DNA of 64,000 nt, from positions 1 through 64,000 of IMG/VR virus record IMGVR_UViG_3300032216_000903; one strand, written 5' to 3'. Below, piece by piece: positions 8,428 to 17,469 of this stretch. Source of the DNA: a virus. Lineage: Duplodnaviria > Caudoviricetes. The translations under genes and the position numbers were made by a program. How positions within the stretch are numbered: the first letter of the stretch is position 1; every line of letters begins with the position of its first letter. Below the pieces are notes generated by a model. That model ran no database searches. It was not told where the DNA came from and saw nothing but the letters and a program-made list of their open reading frames with translations.

Positions 8428-10686
8428 ATGATCGAGCAAGTCAATATGAATCAGCAGGGGATGCTGGCCAAACTCTTGGCCAAGGAGAATCTCCGGATCC
8501 AACACGGCAACTACGCCACGGCGTTCTTTGACACCAAGTCGCGTGTCCTTGGCCTTCCAATCTGGAAGACGTCAGGCAAGAACGTTTATGACTTGCTCGT
8601 CGGACACGAAGTCGGCCACGCCCTCTTCACTCCGATGTCTGGCATTGAAAAGTTCCGTCAGGAACTCCCCGAGGTGCCATTCGACATCTGCAACATAGTC
8701 GAGGACATTCGCATCGAGCGCATGATTCAAGACACGTACCCGGGCCTCGCGACAGCGTTTCGTCAAGCATACGAGACGCTGGTCGCGGACAACTTTTTCG
8801 GTCTCAAAGGCAAGGACATCTCTAAGATGAATTTTGCCGATCGTCTCAACCTTCATGCCAAGGCTGGCAAAGCCGTGGCGGTCAATCTGACGGCCGACGA
8901 GCAGGCGATCTACGACCGCTGCATCAAGGCTCAGGACTTCGACGAAGTCATTCAGATCTGCAAGGACATCGCCCATCTGGTCGGCAAGCGCAAGCAAGAC
9001 GAGGCTGGATCTCCGGCGGCTGGTAAGTCCGAGAGCGACAAGCAGGAGGATGCTCCTCAGGCTCCCTCGAACGATCAGGCCAACGACAGTCAAGACGAGC
9101 AGCAGGAGTCTGGATCTTCCGAAGGATCCGGCGACGACTCCGAGCAGGACTCAAACGACGAAGCGACCGACGGCCAAGGCGACGGTGCCGGCGACGGCGA
9201 GGGTAACGGCAGCGGTCCGGCCGACGAGGAGGCTGAAGACTCCGACAAGCAGGCTCCGATGGCTGGCCCTCAGGCTGGCAACACGACGCTCAAGAGCGAG
9301 CTCACCTCCGAGACGGCCAAGTCCTTCGAGCAGGCTCTCAAGTCGATTCAGCAGACGGACGAGTACGTCCACTTCCTCGCTCCTCGCAAGGAAGCGGTCC
9401 AGAGCGTCATCACTCCCTATCAAAAGATCCTGGAGGCTCGTCAGTCGAAGCCTCGCTACGTGGGTTACATGACTCATCCGGCCACCAAGGCTCACTACAC
9501 GGAGACGAAGGCGTCCGCTAAGAAGTACGTGGCCGGTCTGACTCGCGAGTTCGAGATGCGCAAGGCGGCTCATCAGTATTCTCGAGCGTCCGTCGCCAAG
9601 ACTGGCACGCTCAACATGGCCAAGCTCCATTCGTATCGCTACTCGGAGGACATCTTCAAGTCGATCACCAAGCTGGCCAACGCCAAGAATCACGGCATGA
9701 TGATGTTCGTCGACTACTCGAGCTCGATGACATACTCGCTCGGCCACGTCCTCGAGCACACGGTCAACCTCGTCATGTTCTGCCGCAGCCTCAACATCCC
9801 GTTCGAAGTCTACGGCTTTACGAATCCCTCGGTCGGCAAGCCGCTCGCTGAGACGGCCCACGACGAGATCAGTCTGTCATACCTGTCCCTGATTCAGACG
9901 TTCTCGAGCAAGATGAGCAAGGCCGAGTTTGATCTGGCCATCGAGCAGACCCTCGCGCAGGCTTTCTTTTACAAGGGCGGCGGCCGCTCGGTCGGCTACG
10001 AGCTCGGCAGCGGCAGTTACTGTCCGGTGATGTCGGCCCACGAAGGTCTGTCTGGCACGCCGCTTCAAGAATGCGTCGTGGCCGCTCACATCCTCGTCAA
10101 CGAGTTTCGCAAGGCGAATCCGGTGCAGAAGATGAACGTGGTGTTCCTCACGGACGGCGACGGATCCATGCTTCATCGTCATCAGACTGAAGCCGGATCG
10201 AAAGCCGCTGGATCCAGCTACATGGCTTCCAAGATGAAGGGCAACCTCGGCGGCTGCGAAGTCACTCTGAACGAAGGCTCTTATTCGTACGAGAAACTGA
10301 TTCAGAATCTCCGCAAGGCGACCGGATCGACCGTCGTTGGATTCTTCATTCCGAATTCTCCTCAGCAGGCGATTCGATATGCCGAGCGCGCGATGGAATA
10401 CACTGGCAAGGCGCAGTCGAATGCGATCGCTTGGAAAGATGCCCGCACGACCTATCGCAAAGACAACTGTCTGATCGTCAAGGGTGGATACGGCTTCGAC
10501 GAGTATTATGTGCTGGCCACCGGCAAGGATCTGGACATCGACACGGAAGACGAGTTCGATACGGACTTCGAGGTCGTCGACATCAAGAAGTCTCAAGGCA
10601 AACTGGCCCGCGCCTTCACGGAATTCAACAACACGAAGCGCACTCAGCGCGTGATCCTCTCAAAATTCAGCCAGGTGATCGCCTGA
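8428..10686 (+). CDS. HEXXH metallopeptidase-like N-domain + acidic linker + vWA domain (CobT-like)
   Basis: HEVGH, EDIRIE; MIDAS DYSSSM, GTP, LTDGD; adjacent to a MoxR ATPase. Confidence 0.85.
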   Translation: MIEQVNMNQQGMLAKLLAKENLRIQHGNYATAFFDTKSRVLGLPIWKTSGKNVYDLLVGHEVGHALFTPMSGIEKFRQELPEVPFDICNIVEDIRIERMIQDTYPGLATAFRQAYETLVADNFFGLKGKDISKMNFADRLNLHAKAGKAVAVNLTADEQAIYDRCIKAQDFDEVIQICKDIAHLVGKRKQDEAGSPAAGKSESDKQEDAPQAPSNDQANDSQDEQQESGSSEGSGDDSEQDSNDEATDGQGDGAGDGEGNGSGPADEEAEDSDKQAPMAGPQAGNTTLKSELTSETAKSFEQALKSIQQTDEYVHFLAPRKEAVQSVITPYQKILEARQSKPRYVGYMTHPATKAHYTETKASAKKYVAGLTREFEMRKAAHQYSRASVAKTGTLNMAKLHSYRYSEDIFKSITKLANAKNHGMMMFVDYSSSMTYSLGHVLEHTVNLVMFCRSLNIPFEVYGFTNPSVGKPLAETAHDEISLSYLSLIQTFSSKMSKAEFDLAIEQTLAQAFFYKGGGRSVGYELGSGSYCPVMSAHEGLSGTPLQECVVAAHILVNEFRKANPVQKMNVVFLTDGDGSMLHRHQTEAGSKAAGSSYMASKMKGNLGGCEVTLNEGSYSYEKLIQNLRKATGSTVVGFFIPNSPQQAIRYAERAMEYTGKAQSNAIAWKDARTTYRKDNCLIVKGGYGFDEYYVLATGKDLDIDTEDEFDTDFEVVDIKKSQGKLARAFTEFNNTKRTQRVILSKFSQVIA

Positions 10687-10694
10687 GGCGTGTG

Positions 10695-10764
10695 CAAGTC
10701 GTTGATATTCAACAAGAAAATAGTTTCATTTTCTTGTGTACATTTGATAAAAACAGTTTAGAAT
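10695..10764 (+). promoter_or_regulatory. Early promoter with upstream IHF-consensus box
   Basis: CAAGTCGTTGATA 10695-10707; TGTAC 10737-N17-TAGAAT. Confidence 0.75.
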
Positions 10765-10785
10765 AGTAGCATAGTTGAATACATT

Positions 10786-12000
10786 ATGAAAAACGTGATC
10801 AAACAGACCATCGAAAAACTCCACGAACGCTCTCCCGGCCAAAACGTCTGGCAGCGCGACGTCATCGCCGACACGGCCCGATCCCTCGGCGCCTCGTGGA
10901 CGGACATCAACGACAACCTGCTGGCCCCTCATGTTCGATGCGGCCGCGGTCAGTATGACATCTCGCGAGCCGGCTCAGCCCGATCCGTCGGCGCCATCAT
11001 GCCCGTGGCCGTCGAATCGGCCGCCGAAGCTCCCTCCGAGCCCTCAGCGAAGCCGGTCCAGACTCCGACTGCGGTCTTCAAGCTCGCTCAGGCCGTCACC
11101 TCGACCATGAACGACGACGCTTACGTCCCGGACGTGGATCCGACCTTCGTCCGCTGGGGCGAGTACGACACGGTCCTCAAGGCCATTCAGTCCGGCCTGT
11201 TCTATCCGATCTACATTTCCGGTCTGTCCGGCAACGGTAAGACCACGATGGTCGAGCAGGCGTGTGCCAAGCTCAAGCGCGAGTACATTCGAGTCCAGAT
11301 CTCGCCCGAGACGGACGAGGACGACCTGATCGGCGGCTTTCGCCTGCTCAACGGCGAGACGGTCTTCTGCAAGGGGCCGGTCCTCAAGGCGATGGAACGC
11401 GGGTGCATCCTGCTCATCGACGAGATCGATCGCGGCTCCAACAAGATCATGTGCCTGCAGGGCATCCTCGAGGGCAAGCCGGTCCTCGTCAAGAAGACCG
11501 GTCAGGTAGTCCAGCCGGCGGCCGGCTTCAACGTCATCGCGACGGCCAACACCAAGGGCCGCGGATCCGAGGACGGTCGCTTCGCGGCCGCCACGATCAT
11601 CGACGAGGCATTCCTCGAGCGATTCGTAGCCACCATCGAGCAGCCCTATGCCGCTCAGGCCGTCGAACGTAAGATCGTCGTCAAGCACATGGAGAAGTTC
11701 GGCAAGCTCGATGAGGACTTCGCGGACAAGCTCGTGGCTTGGTCCACGGTCATTCGCAAGACCTTCGAGTCCGAAGCGATCGAGGAAGTCATCTCGACTC
11801 GCCGCCTCTGTCACATCGCTCAGACCTTCGCGATCTTTGGCGACCGTGCCCGTTCGATCCAGCTGTGCATCGCGCGGTTCGATACGGACACTCGCAACGC
11901 GTTCCTCGACCTGTACTCCAAGCTCGACGCGTCGATCGTTCCTCCGGCTCCGGCCGCTGAAGCGGCTCCGGCTGCGACCACGAACGAAGCTCCGTTCTGA
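10786..12000 (+). CDS. MoxR/CobS-like AAA+ ATPase
   Basis: GLSGNGKT, LLIDEID, ATANTKGRG, AFLERF, STRRL. Confidence 0.92.
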   Translation: MKNVIKQTIEKLHERSPGQNVWQRDVIADTARSLGASWTDINDNLLAPHVRCGRGQYDISRAGSARSVGAIMPVAVESAAEAPSEPSAKPVQTPTAVFKLAQAVTSTMNDDAYVPDVDPTFVRWGEYDTVLKAIQSGLFYPIYISGLSGNGKTTMVEQACAKLKREYIRVQISPETDEDDLIGGFRLLNGETVFCKGPVLKAMERGCILLIDEIDRGSNKIMCLQGILEGKPVLVKKTGQVVQPAAGFNVIATANTKGRGSEDGRFAAATIIDEAFLERFVATIEQPYAAQAVERKIVVKHMEKFGKLDEDFADKLVAWSTVIRKTFESEAIEEVISTRRLCHIAQTFAIFGDRARSIQLCIARFDTDTRNAFLDLYSKLDASIVPPAPAAEAAPAATTNEAPF

Positions 12001-12137
12001 GTCGTAAAATAGATAAACTTTCCGGTGTACAAGCGACACGGAGCAGTTTATTATATCCAACAATCTCTTCGATATGGGCGACCAAGTATCGGAGCGAATC
12101 ACAACAAAAATTGGTCGCATTGAAAGTAACACACAAC

Positions 12138-12395
12138 ATGAGCAAGACAGCCATCAAACAACTGACCAAGAATTACAAAGCCACCGGCACCCAGCGCGGC
12201 GCGATCCTCGAGACGCTCAGCGCAGGCACTCAGTTCTCGGTCTCCGATGCCCGCAAAGCTGGTATCGCTAACCCGACTGCCGTCATCGCCAAACTGCGCG
12301 AAGAAGGCTTCGAGATCTACTCGAACCCTTGGTCCCGCCGCAGCGAACGCAAAGTCGCCGCTGGTACGGTCAATCAGTACCGCCTCGTTGCCTAA
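12138..12395 (+). CDS. Small winged-helix DNA-binding protein
   Basis: ILETL...FSVSDARKAGIANPTAVIAKLREEGFEI...YRL; own TGTAC promoter at 12026. Confidence 0.65.
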   Translation: MSKTAIKQLTKNYKATGTQRGAILETLSAGTQFSVSDARKAGIANPTAVIAKLREEGFEIYSNPWSRRSERKVAAGTVNQYRLVA

Positions 12396-12412
12396 GCTAG
12401 GCAAATAACTCT

Positions 12413-12450
12413 GGTGCCGGATCCGCTCGATCACGGCAGGGTCCGGCACC
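12413..12450 (+). terminator. Stem-loop, probable terminator
   Basis: GGTGCCGGATCC...GGGTCCGGCACC followed by T-rich sequence. Confidence 0.55.
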
Positions 12451-12463
12451 GAGTTTCACTTTT

Positions 12464-12811
12464 ATGAGCGTCACAACAACAAGATCCAATATCACCGGCA
12501 TGAAGTTCGATGCCGGCAAGCCTCAATACGGGCTCTTTCCTCCGTTCGCTCTGGAGGAGGTCGCCAAGGTCCTGACCTACGGCGCCAACAAGTATACGCC
12601 AAACAACTGGAGGCACGTTGAGAATTCCTCCAAACGTTACTTCGATGCGGCTCAACGACACATGTGGGCCATCGCTCGAGGCGAAGTCAACGATCCTGAA
12701 TCTGGCTTTCCTCATGCGGCTCACGCGGCAACGTGCCTCTTATTCCTGATGGAATATCAAATGGGCACATCACAAAAGACGGTAGACTTTCTTAAATCCA
12801 CAAACAAATAA
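12464..12811 (+). CDS. dATP/dGTP diphosphohydrolase-like protein (DUF5664 type)
   Basis: KFDAGKP...VLTYGANKY...NNW...AAQRH...DPESGFPHAAHA. Confidence 0.85.
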   Translation: MSVTTTRSNITGMKFDAGKPQYGLFPPFALEEVAKVLTYGANKYTPNNWRHVENSSKRYFDAAQRHMWAIARGEVNDPESGFPHAAHAATCLLFLMEYQMGTSQKTVDFLKSTNK

Positions 12812-12817
12812 ATCATC

Positions 12818-13489
12818 ATGCTTAAACTATCCAAATTCACGGTCGACGTTCTGAAGAACTTCGCCTCCATCAATCCCAACCTCGTGATCAAGGAGGGCTC
12901 GACCTTCTCGACGATCGCTGAGGCAAAAAACATCATGGCGTCCGTCACGGTCCCCGAGAACTTCTCTCGCACCTTTGGCGTGTACGACCTGAACGAGTTC
13001 ATCGCCGCCTTGAGCCTTCTGGAAGATCCGACGATCGACCTGCTGGAAGACTCGGCGATCCTCTCGAACGACTCCACGACGGTCAAGTACCGCTTCGCGA
13101 ATCCGACCGTCCTGACCACTCCGTCCAAGGAGATCAAGATGCCCTCGACCGACGTGACCGTCAAGCTCACCAACGACCTGCTCGGCAAGGTCCGTAAGGC
13201 GGCAGGCGTCTTGGGCCACTCGGTCGTCGCGCTGAAAGGTACGTCGTCCGGAGCCCTGAGCCTCGCGGTCCTCGATCCGAAGGACTCGTCGGCCAACACC
13301 TACACGGTCGCTCTGACCGAGAAGCACACGCTCGAGAAGGACTTCTCCTTCGAGTTCCTGATCGACAACCTCAAGGTCCTCTCTGGTGACTACACGGTCG
13401 CTGTCTCTTCGAAGCTGATCTCCGAATGGACTCACGCGGACTTCAAGGTAAATTACTTCATCGCTCTGGAGAAGACCTCAACCATCTGA
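12818..13489 (+). CDS. gp45: Sliding clamp gp45
   Basis: LKNFASINPNL...FGVYDLNEF...GDYTV...YFIALE. Confidence 0.95.
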   Translation: MLKLSKFTVDVLKNFASINPNLVIKEGSTFSTIAEAKNIMASVTVPENFSRTFGVYDLNEFIAALSLLEDPTIDLLEDSAILSNDSTTVKYRFANPTVLTTPSKEIKMPSTDVTVKLTNDLLGKVRKAAGVLGHSVVALKGTSSGALSLAVLDPKDSSANTYTVALTEKHTLEKDFSFEFLIDNLKVLSGDYTVAVSSKLISEWTHADFKVNYFIALEKTSTI

Positions 13490-13503
13490 TCATACATACT
13501 AAC

Positions 13504-13746
13504 ATGAAGCCGCTAAGCAACAACGTCATCTTTCGTAAACAGACATCATACGCCTCTCAGAAGAGCTCCGTCATCATGACGATCGAGCCCGAGGTGGAAT
13601 TCATCGCTGAACACATCGGCTCGCAGGTAGAGAATGTGAAGGTCGGAGATCGCCTCGTCATTCCTGCTGGTAAGGCAAAGGCAATCAATTCCGATGACAA
13701 GTTCATGATCTCTGAAGACGATATTCTAGGCATCTATACAAAGTAA
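13504..13746 (+). CDS. GroES-like co-chaperonin
   Basis: MKPLSNNV...VKVGDRLV...EDDILGI pattern of the GroES family. Confidence 0.75.
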   Translation: MKPLSNNVIFRKQTSYASQKSSVIMTIEPEVEFIAEHIGSQVENVKVGDRLVIPAGKAKAINSDDKFMISEDDILGIYTK

Positions 13747-13747
13747 C

Positions 13748-14689
13748 ATGAACGAATTCCTCTGGGTTGAAAAGTATCGTCCCAAGACGATCGACGAGTG
13801 CATCCTTCCGGCTCCACTCAAGAAGACGCTGAACGAGGTCGTGAAGTCCGGTCAGTTGCAGAACATGCTTCTGACCGGAACGGCTGGACTTGGCAAGACC
13901 ACGGTCGCTCGAGCCCTGTGCGGCATGCTCAAGCTCGATCACATTCTCATCAACGGCTCAGAGGAATCAGGTATCGACGTCCTTCGAAACAAGATCAAGC
14001 AGTTCGCTTCGACCGTTTCGTTGGACGGCACCGGCTCGTACAAGGTCGTAATCCTTGACGAGGCCGACTATCTGAATCCGCAGTCGACTCAGCCAGCCCT
14101 TCGTGCGTTCATCGAGGAGTTCTCGGCCAACTGTCGATTCATCTTCACGTGCAACTTCAAGAATCGAATCATCGAGCCTCTTCATTCTCGATTGGCCGTC
14201 GTTGAGTTCAACGCGACCAAGAAGGAACTCGTCGGCCTCGCTGGTCAGTTCCATGAACGTCTGAAGAAGATCCTCGATCTCGAGAAGGTCAAGTACACGG
14301 ACAAGGTTCTGGCCGAGCTTATCATCAAGCACGCGCCCGACTGGCGTAGAATCATTAATGAGTGTCAGAGGCATTCTTCGTCTGGTGAGATCTCGGCAAA
14401 TGCCGTGGTTGGTCTGTCCAACTCAAACATTCAGGCTCTTATCAAGGCTCTGAAGGAAAAAGACTTTCGAACCATGCGCGCTTGGGTGGTCAACAACAAC
14501 GACGTCGATCCGGCACAGGTATATCGATCGATCTATGACTGCATCACGGAAGTGGCTAAGCCTGAATCCGTGCCACAGGCAATCATCATTCTGGCGGACT
14601 ATCAATATAAAAACAGTTTTGTAGCGGATCGCGAATTGAATACGGTCGCGGCTCTCACGGAACTCATGTGTAACGTCGAATGGAAGTAA
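13748..14689 (+). CDS. gp44: Clamp loader ATPase gp44
   Basis: LWVEKYRP, GTAGLGKTT, ILDEAD, PLHSR. Confidence 0.96.
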   Translation: MNEFLWVEKYRPKTIDECILPAPLKKTLNEVVKSGQLQNMLLTGTAGLGKTTVARALCGMLKLDHILINGSEESGIDVLRNKIKQFASTVSLDGTGSYKVVILDEADYLNPQSTQPALRAFIEEFSANCRFIFTCNFKNRIIEPLHSRLAVVEFNATKKELVGLAGQFHERLKKILDLEKVKYTDKVLAELIIKHAPDWRRIINECQRHSSSGEISANAVVGLSNSNIQALIKALKEKDFRTMRAWVVNNNDVDPAQVYRSIYDCITEVAKPESVPQAIIILADYQYKNSFVADRELNTVAALTELMCNVEWK

Positions 14690-15084
14690 AATCTAAAAAG
14701 TTATCTTTCTTCGATTGCCTCAATTCGATCAATGAGGGAGCTCGAGGCAAGGATCTATTTGAGAATCCATTGATGGAGGAGAAGACCTACGTTCCATTCA
14801 TGTGCAATCGTGGACTCAGCTGGTTCTCTGACACGATCTTACTTGCCAATGAGATGAATCGTAGGCCTACGGTTCCAGTCAAGGCTCAGTACAACTTTCT
14901 TCGTCTATCCATTCGTCCACGCAAGCGCTTCTCGAAGTGGCTCAAGAACGAAGAGTCGGACGACATCGAACTCATCAAGCGAGCATATGGATACTCGTCT
15001 GAGAAAGCACGTCAGGTTCTTTCGCTCTTTTCATCGGATTCATTGAAAGCCCTGAGGCTCTCGCTCGATACCGGTGGAAAATAG
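14680..15084 (+). CDS. gp62: Clamp loader small subunit gp62
   Basis: YVPFMCNRGLS...ANEMN...RKRFSKW...YGYSSEKA. Confidence 0.92.
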   Translation: MEVKSKKLSFFDCLNSINEGARGKDLFENPLMEEKTYVPFMCNRGLSWFSDTILLANEMNRRPTVPVKAQYNFLRLSIRPRKRFSKWLKNEESDDIELIKRAYGYSSEKARQVLSLFSSDSLKALRLSLDTGGK

Positions 15085-15122
15085 CACATGCATAAATAAC
15101 GTCATAATGATTAACCTTTGTT

Positions 15123-15581
15123 ATGACGTACTCAACTTCAGAAATTTCTAACGCCTCTCGTGCTGAGAGTCTCGCACCTTGGTCTCCACAGGACATGCTG
15201 GAGGTCACGCTCAACGAGCCAGACGACTTTCTTAAAGTCCGCGAGACTCTGACTCGAATCGGCGTCGCTTCGAAGAAGGAGATCAACACCCTCTGGCAGT
15301 CGTGCCATATTTTACATAAGCAAGGCCGCTACTTCATCGTCCACTTCAAGGAGCTCTTCATGCTCGACGGTAAGCCCTCGGACTTCACGATCGACGACCT
15401 CGGACGACGCAACACGATCGCTCAGCTCCTCTCGGACTGGGGACTGGTCCACGTCGTAAAGTCTCAGGTCATGACTGAGAAGTCGACCCTTCGTCAGATC
15501 AAGATCATCTCCCATAAAGACAAGGCTCAATGGAACTTAGTCGCTAAATACTCGATCGGTCAGGTCAAGAAGGCAAAATAG
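15123..15581 (+). CDS. regA: Translational repressor RegA
   Basis: DDFLKVRETLTRIGVAS...QSCHILHKQGRYFIVHFKELF. Confidence 0.96.
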   Translation: MTYSTSEISNASRAESLAPWSPQDMLEVTLNEPDDFLKVRETLTRIGVASKKEINTLWQSCHILHKQGRYFIVHFKELFMLDGKPSDFTIDDLGRRNTIAQLLSDWGLVHVVKSQVMTEKSTLRQIKIISHKDKAQWNLVAKYSIGQVKKAK

Positions 15582-15606
15582 AAAATCCTATAAATAGCTT
15601 ACGATC

Positions 15607-16794
15607 ATGAGCGACGAGGCTATCAAACAACCGATTAAGGATAAGGACGTCGCCGTGACGTCTTATCAGATCTACTGCGACATGGACGGCGTCCTCGTCG
15701 ACTTCGACACGGCCATCAAGAAGGTTACCGGAGGCAAGCTCTGGGACGAAGCGGTCCGCGACCTCGGCCTCGAAGAGCTCTGGCGCCTGATCAACCTCGG
15801 CGGATCCGCTTGGTGGGCCGATCTCAACTGGACCAAAGACGGTCAGAAACTCTGGGACTTCCTCCGCGACAAGAATCCAATCATCCTCACGGCCGGTGCG
15901 ATCTCGAGGACCGGCGATCGAGCCGTCAAGGGCAAGAAGGCTTGGTGCCTTAAGCACCTCGGTCCTAAGCCCGAAGTCATCGTTGCCGATCACGGTCTGG
16001 ATAAGAAGTATTGGGCAGAACCCGGACACATCCTGATCGACGACCTAGAGGAAAACATTCGCGCCTGGCGTTCCCGCGGAGGCATAGGCATTCATCACAA
16101 GGATGCTGCCCAGACGATCTCTGAGCTCAAGGAGCATATCCTTACGTTTGCTCCCAATGATGAGCTGGAAGAGGACTGGAGATCACTGGCCGCGGCTGGA
16201 TTGCTCGGTCTATCTGCCGTCAAGGGCATGGCCGCACATAAGGCAGAGATTCCTAAGTCTGGAAAGCCGGCCATCACTCGAGTCGCCCATAAGGTCAATC
16301 CCATGAACGCTTCTTCTCCAGAGCAGGTACTGATGTCTTACGAAAACTCCAAGGACAATCCGAAGGGTGGATACGACAAGGCAAAGGGTCTCTGGTATCC
16401 CCATCGCAGCCTCGAGGGCGGATCGGACACGATCGCCTATGGTCATAAGCTTCAACCCGGAGAGGACTTTTCCAAGGGAATCACGGACGAAGAGGCCGTC
16501 GCTCTCCTTCGTCAGGACATCGCCAAGCGCGAGGTGGCCATTCGAAAGGCCCTTCCTGAATACGACTCACTTCCTCAGTACGTCAAGAACGGCATCGTCT
16601 CCGCATGGTATCGCGGCGACCTTGGTCCCAAGGCTACTCCCAAGACGATGACGCTCATGAAGGCCGGTGACTGGTCTCAAGCCGCGGCCGAGTATCTTAA
16701 TAGCCGAGACTTCAAGACCGGATTCGCCGGCGTCAAGAAACGCATGCAAGACAACGCGGATGCTTTTACGAAGTTCGCTTCAGAAAAAGTTTAG
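15607..16794 (+). CDS. Fusion of HAD-family 5'-nucleotidase-like domain and phage lysozyme-like domain
   Basis: CDMDGVLVDF and LIDD (HAD); SYEN...DTIAYGHKL...ITDEEAVALLRQD (lysozyme-like); TATAAATA at 15589-15596. Confidence 0.75.
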   Translation: MSDEAIKQPIKDKDVAVTSYQIYCDMDGVLVDFDTAIKKVTGGKLWDEAVRDLGLEELWRLINLGGSAWWADLNWTKDGQKLWDFLRDKNPIILTAGAISRTGDRAVKGKKAWCLKHLGPKPEVIVADHGLDKKYWAEPGHILIDDLEENIRAWRSRGGIGIHHKDAAQTISELKEHILTFAPNDELEEDWRSLAAAGLLGLSAVKGMAAHKAEIPKSGKPAITRVAHKVNPMNASSPEQVLMSYENSKDNPKGGYDKAKGLWYPHRSLEGGSDTIAYGHKLQPGEDFSKGITDEEAVALLRQDIAKREVAIRKALPEYDSLPQYVKNGIVSAWYRGDLGPKATPKTMTLMKAGDWSQAAAEYLNSRDFKTGFAGVKKRMQDNADAFTKFASEKV

Positions 16795-16914
16795 TCCATA
16801 CGCGGCTCGTCATATAAATAAATTTGAGTCCAGACGGATTCAATCGACGAATGCCTTCGGGGTTTGTCGACAAAACAACAACAAGTCCCTGCTTAAGTGG
16901 GGGAAAGGAAACAA

Positions 16915-17355
16915 ATGCAAGTCGGTCACTACAGCTACATCCCACGCCAATTCTTCATTGGCTTCGATGATCTCTTCAACCTCCTAGAATCCCAACCTTG
17001 GAAGGCTGAAGCGAATACATTCGGCACATATCCACCTCATAATGTCATTAAGATTGATGAGGATAATTACACCATTGAATTCGCCGTCGCCGGTTTCAAA
17101 CCCGAAGACATCGATCTCGAGGTAATGGACTCCGTGCTACGCATCACTGGTAGCAAGAAAGACGAGCGTGAATACTCCCATAAAGGAATCTCTTCGAAGA
17201 ACTTCTTCAAGACATTCACACTCGCTGATTACGTAGTCGTCACTGGCTCAACCCTCGAAGATGGTATTCTCTCGATTCATTTAAAACGTGAATTACCCGA
17301 GTCAAAGAAGGCTCGTAAGATCTCGATCGGAAAGCCGCAGCTCCTCAAGGGATAG
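16915..17355 (+). CDS. hsp20: Small heat-shock protein Hsp20/IbpA
   Basis: IGFDDLF, YPPHN, IEFAVAGF, HKGIS, LEDGILSI. Confidence 0.93.
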   Translation: MQVGHYSYIPRQFFIGFDDLFNLLESQPWKAEANTFGTYPPHNVIKIDEDNYTIEFAVAGFKPEDIDLEVMDSVLRITGSKKDEREYSHKGISSKNFFKTFTLADYVVVTGSTLEDGILSIHLKRELPESKKARKISIGKPQLLKG

Positions 17356-17469
17356 TTTACTGAAACCGATCGGTTTCACTGGTCAGTAAAAATGTATCCT
17401 CGTAAAATAGGGTCCGTGAGGTAATTTGGTTATGTACTTCACGGACCCTTCATGTTATATTATGTGGAC

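Noticed and set aside
8428-12000. Cobalamin biosynthesis (cobS/cobT) as auxiliary metabolism
   Set aside because: Generic MoxR/vWA pair; no cobN or other cob genes
12464-12811. 2-aminoadenine or 7-deazaguanine system suggested by the DUF5664-like gene
   Set aside because: No PurZ, DpdA or Que/FolE genes in the window; the family also occurs alone
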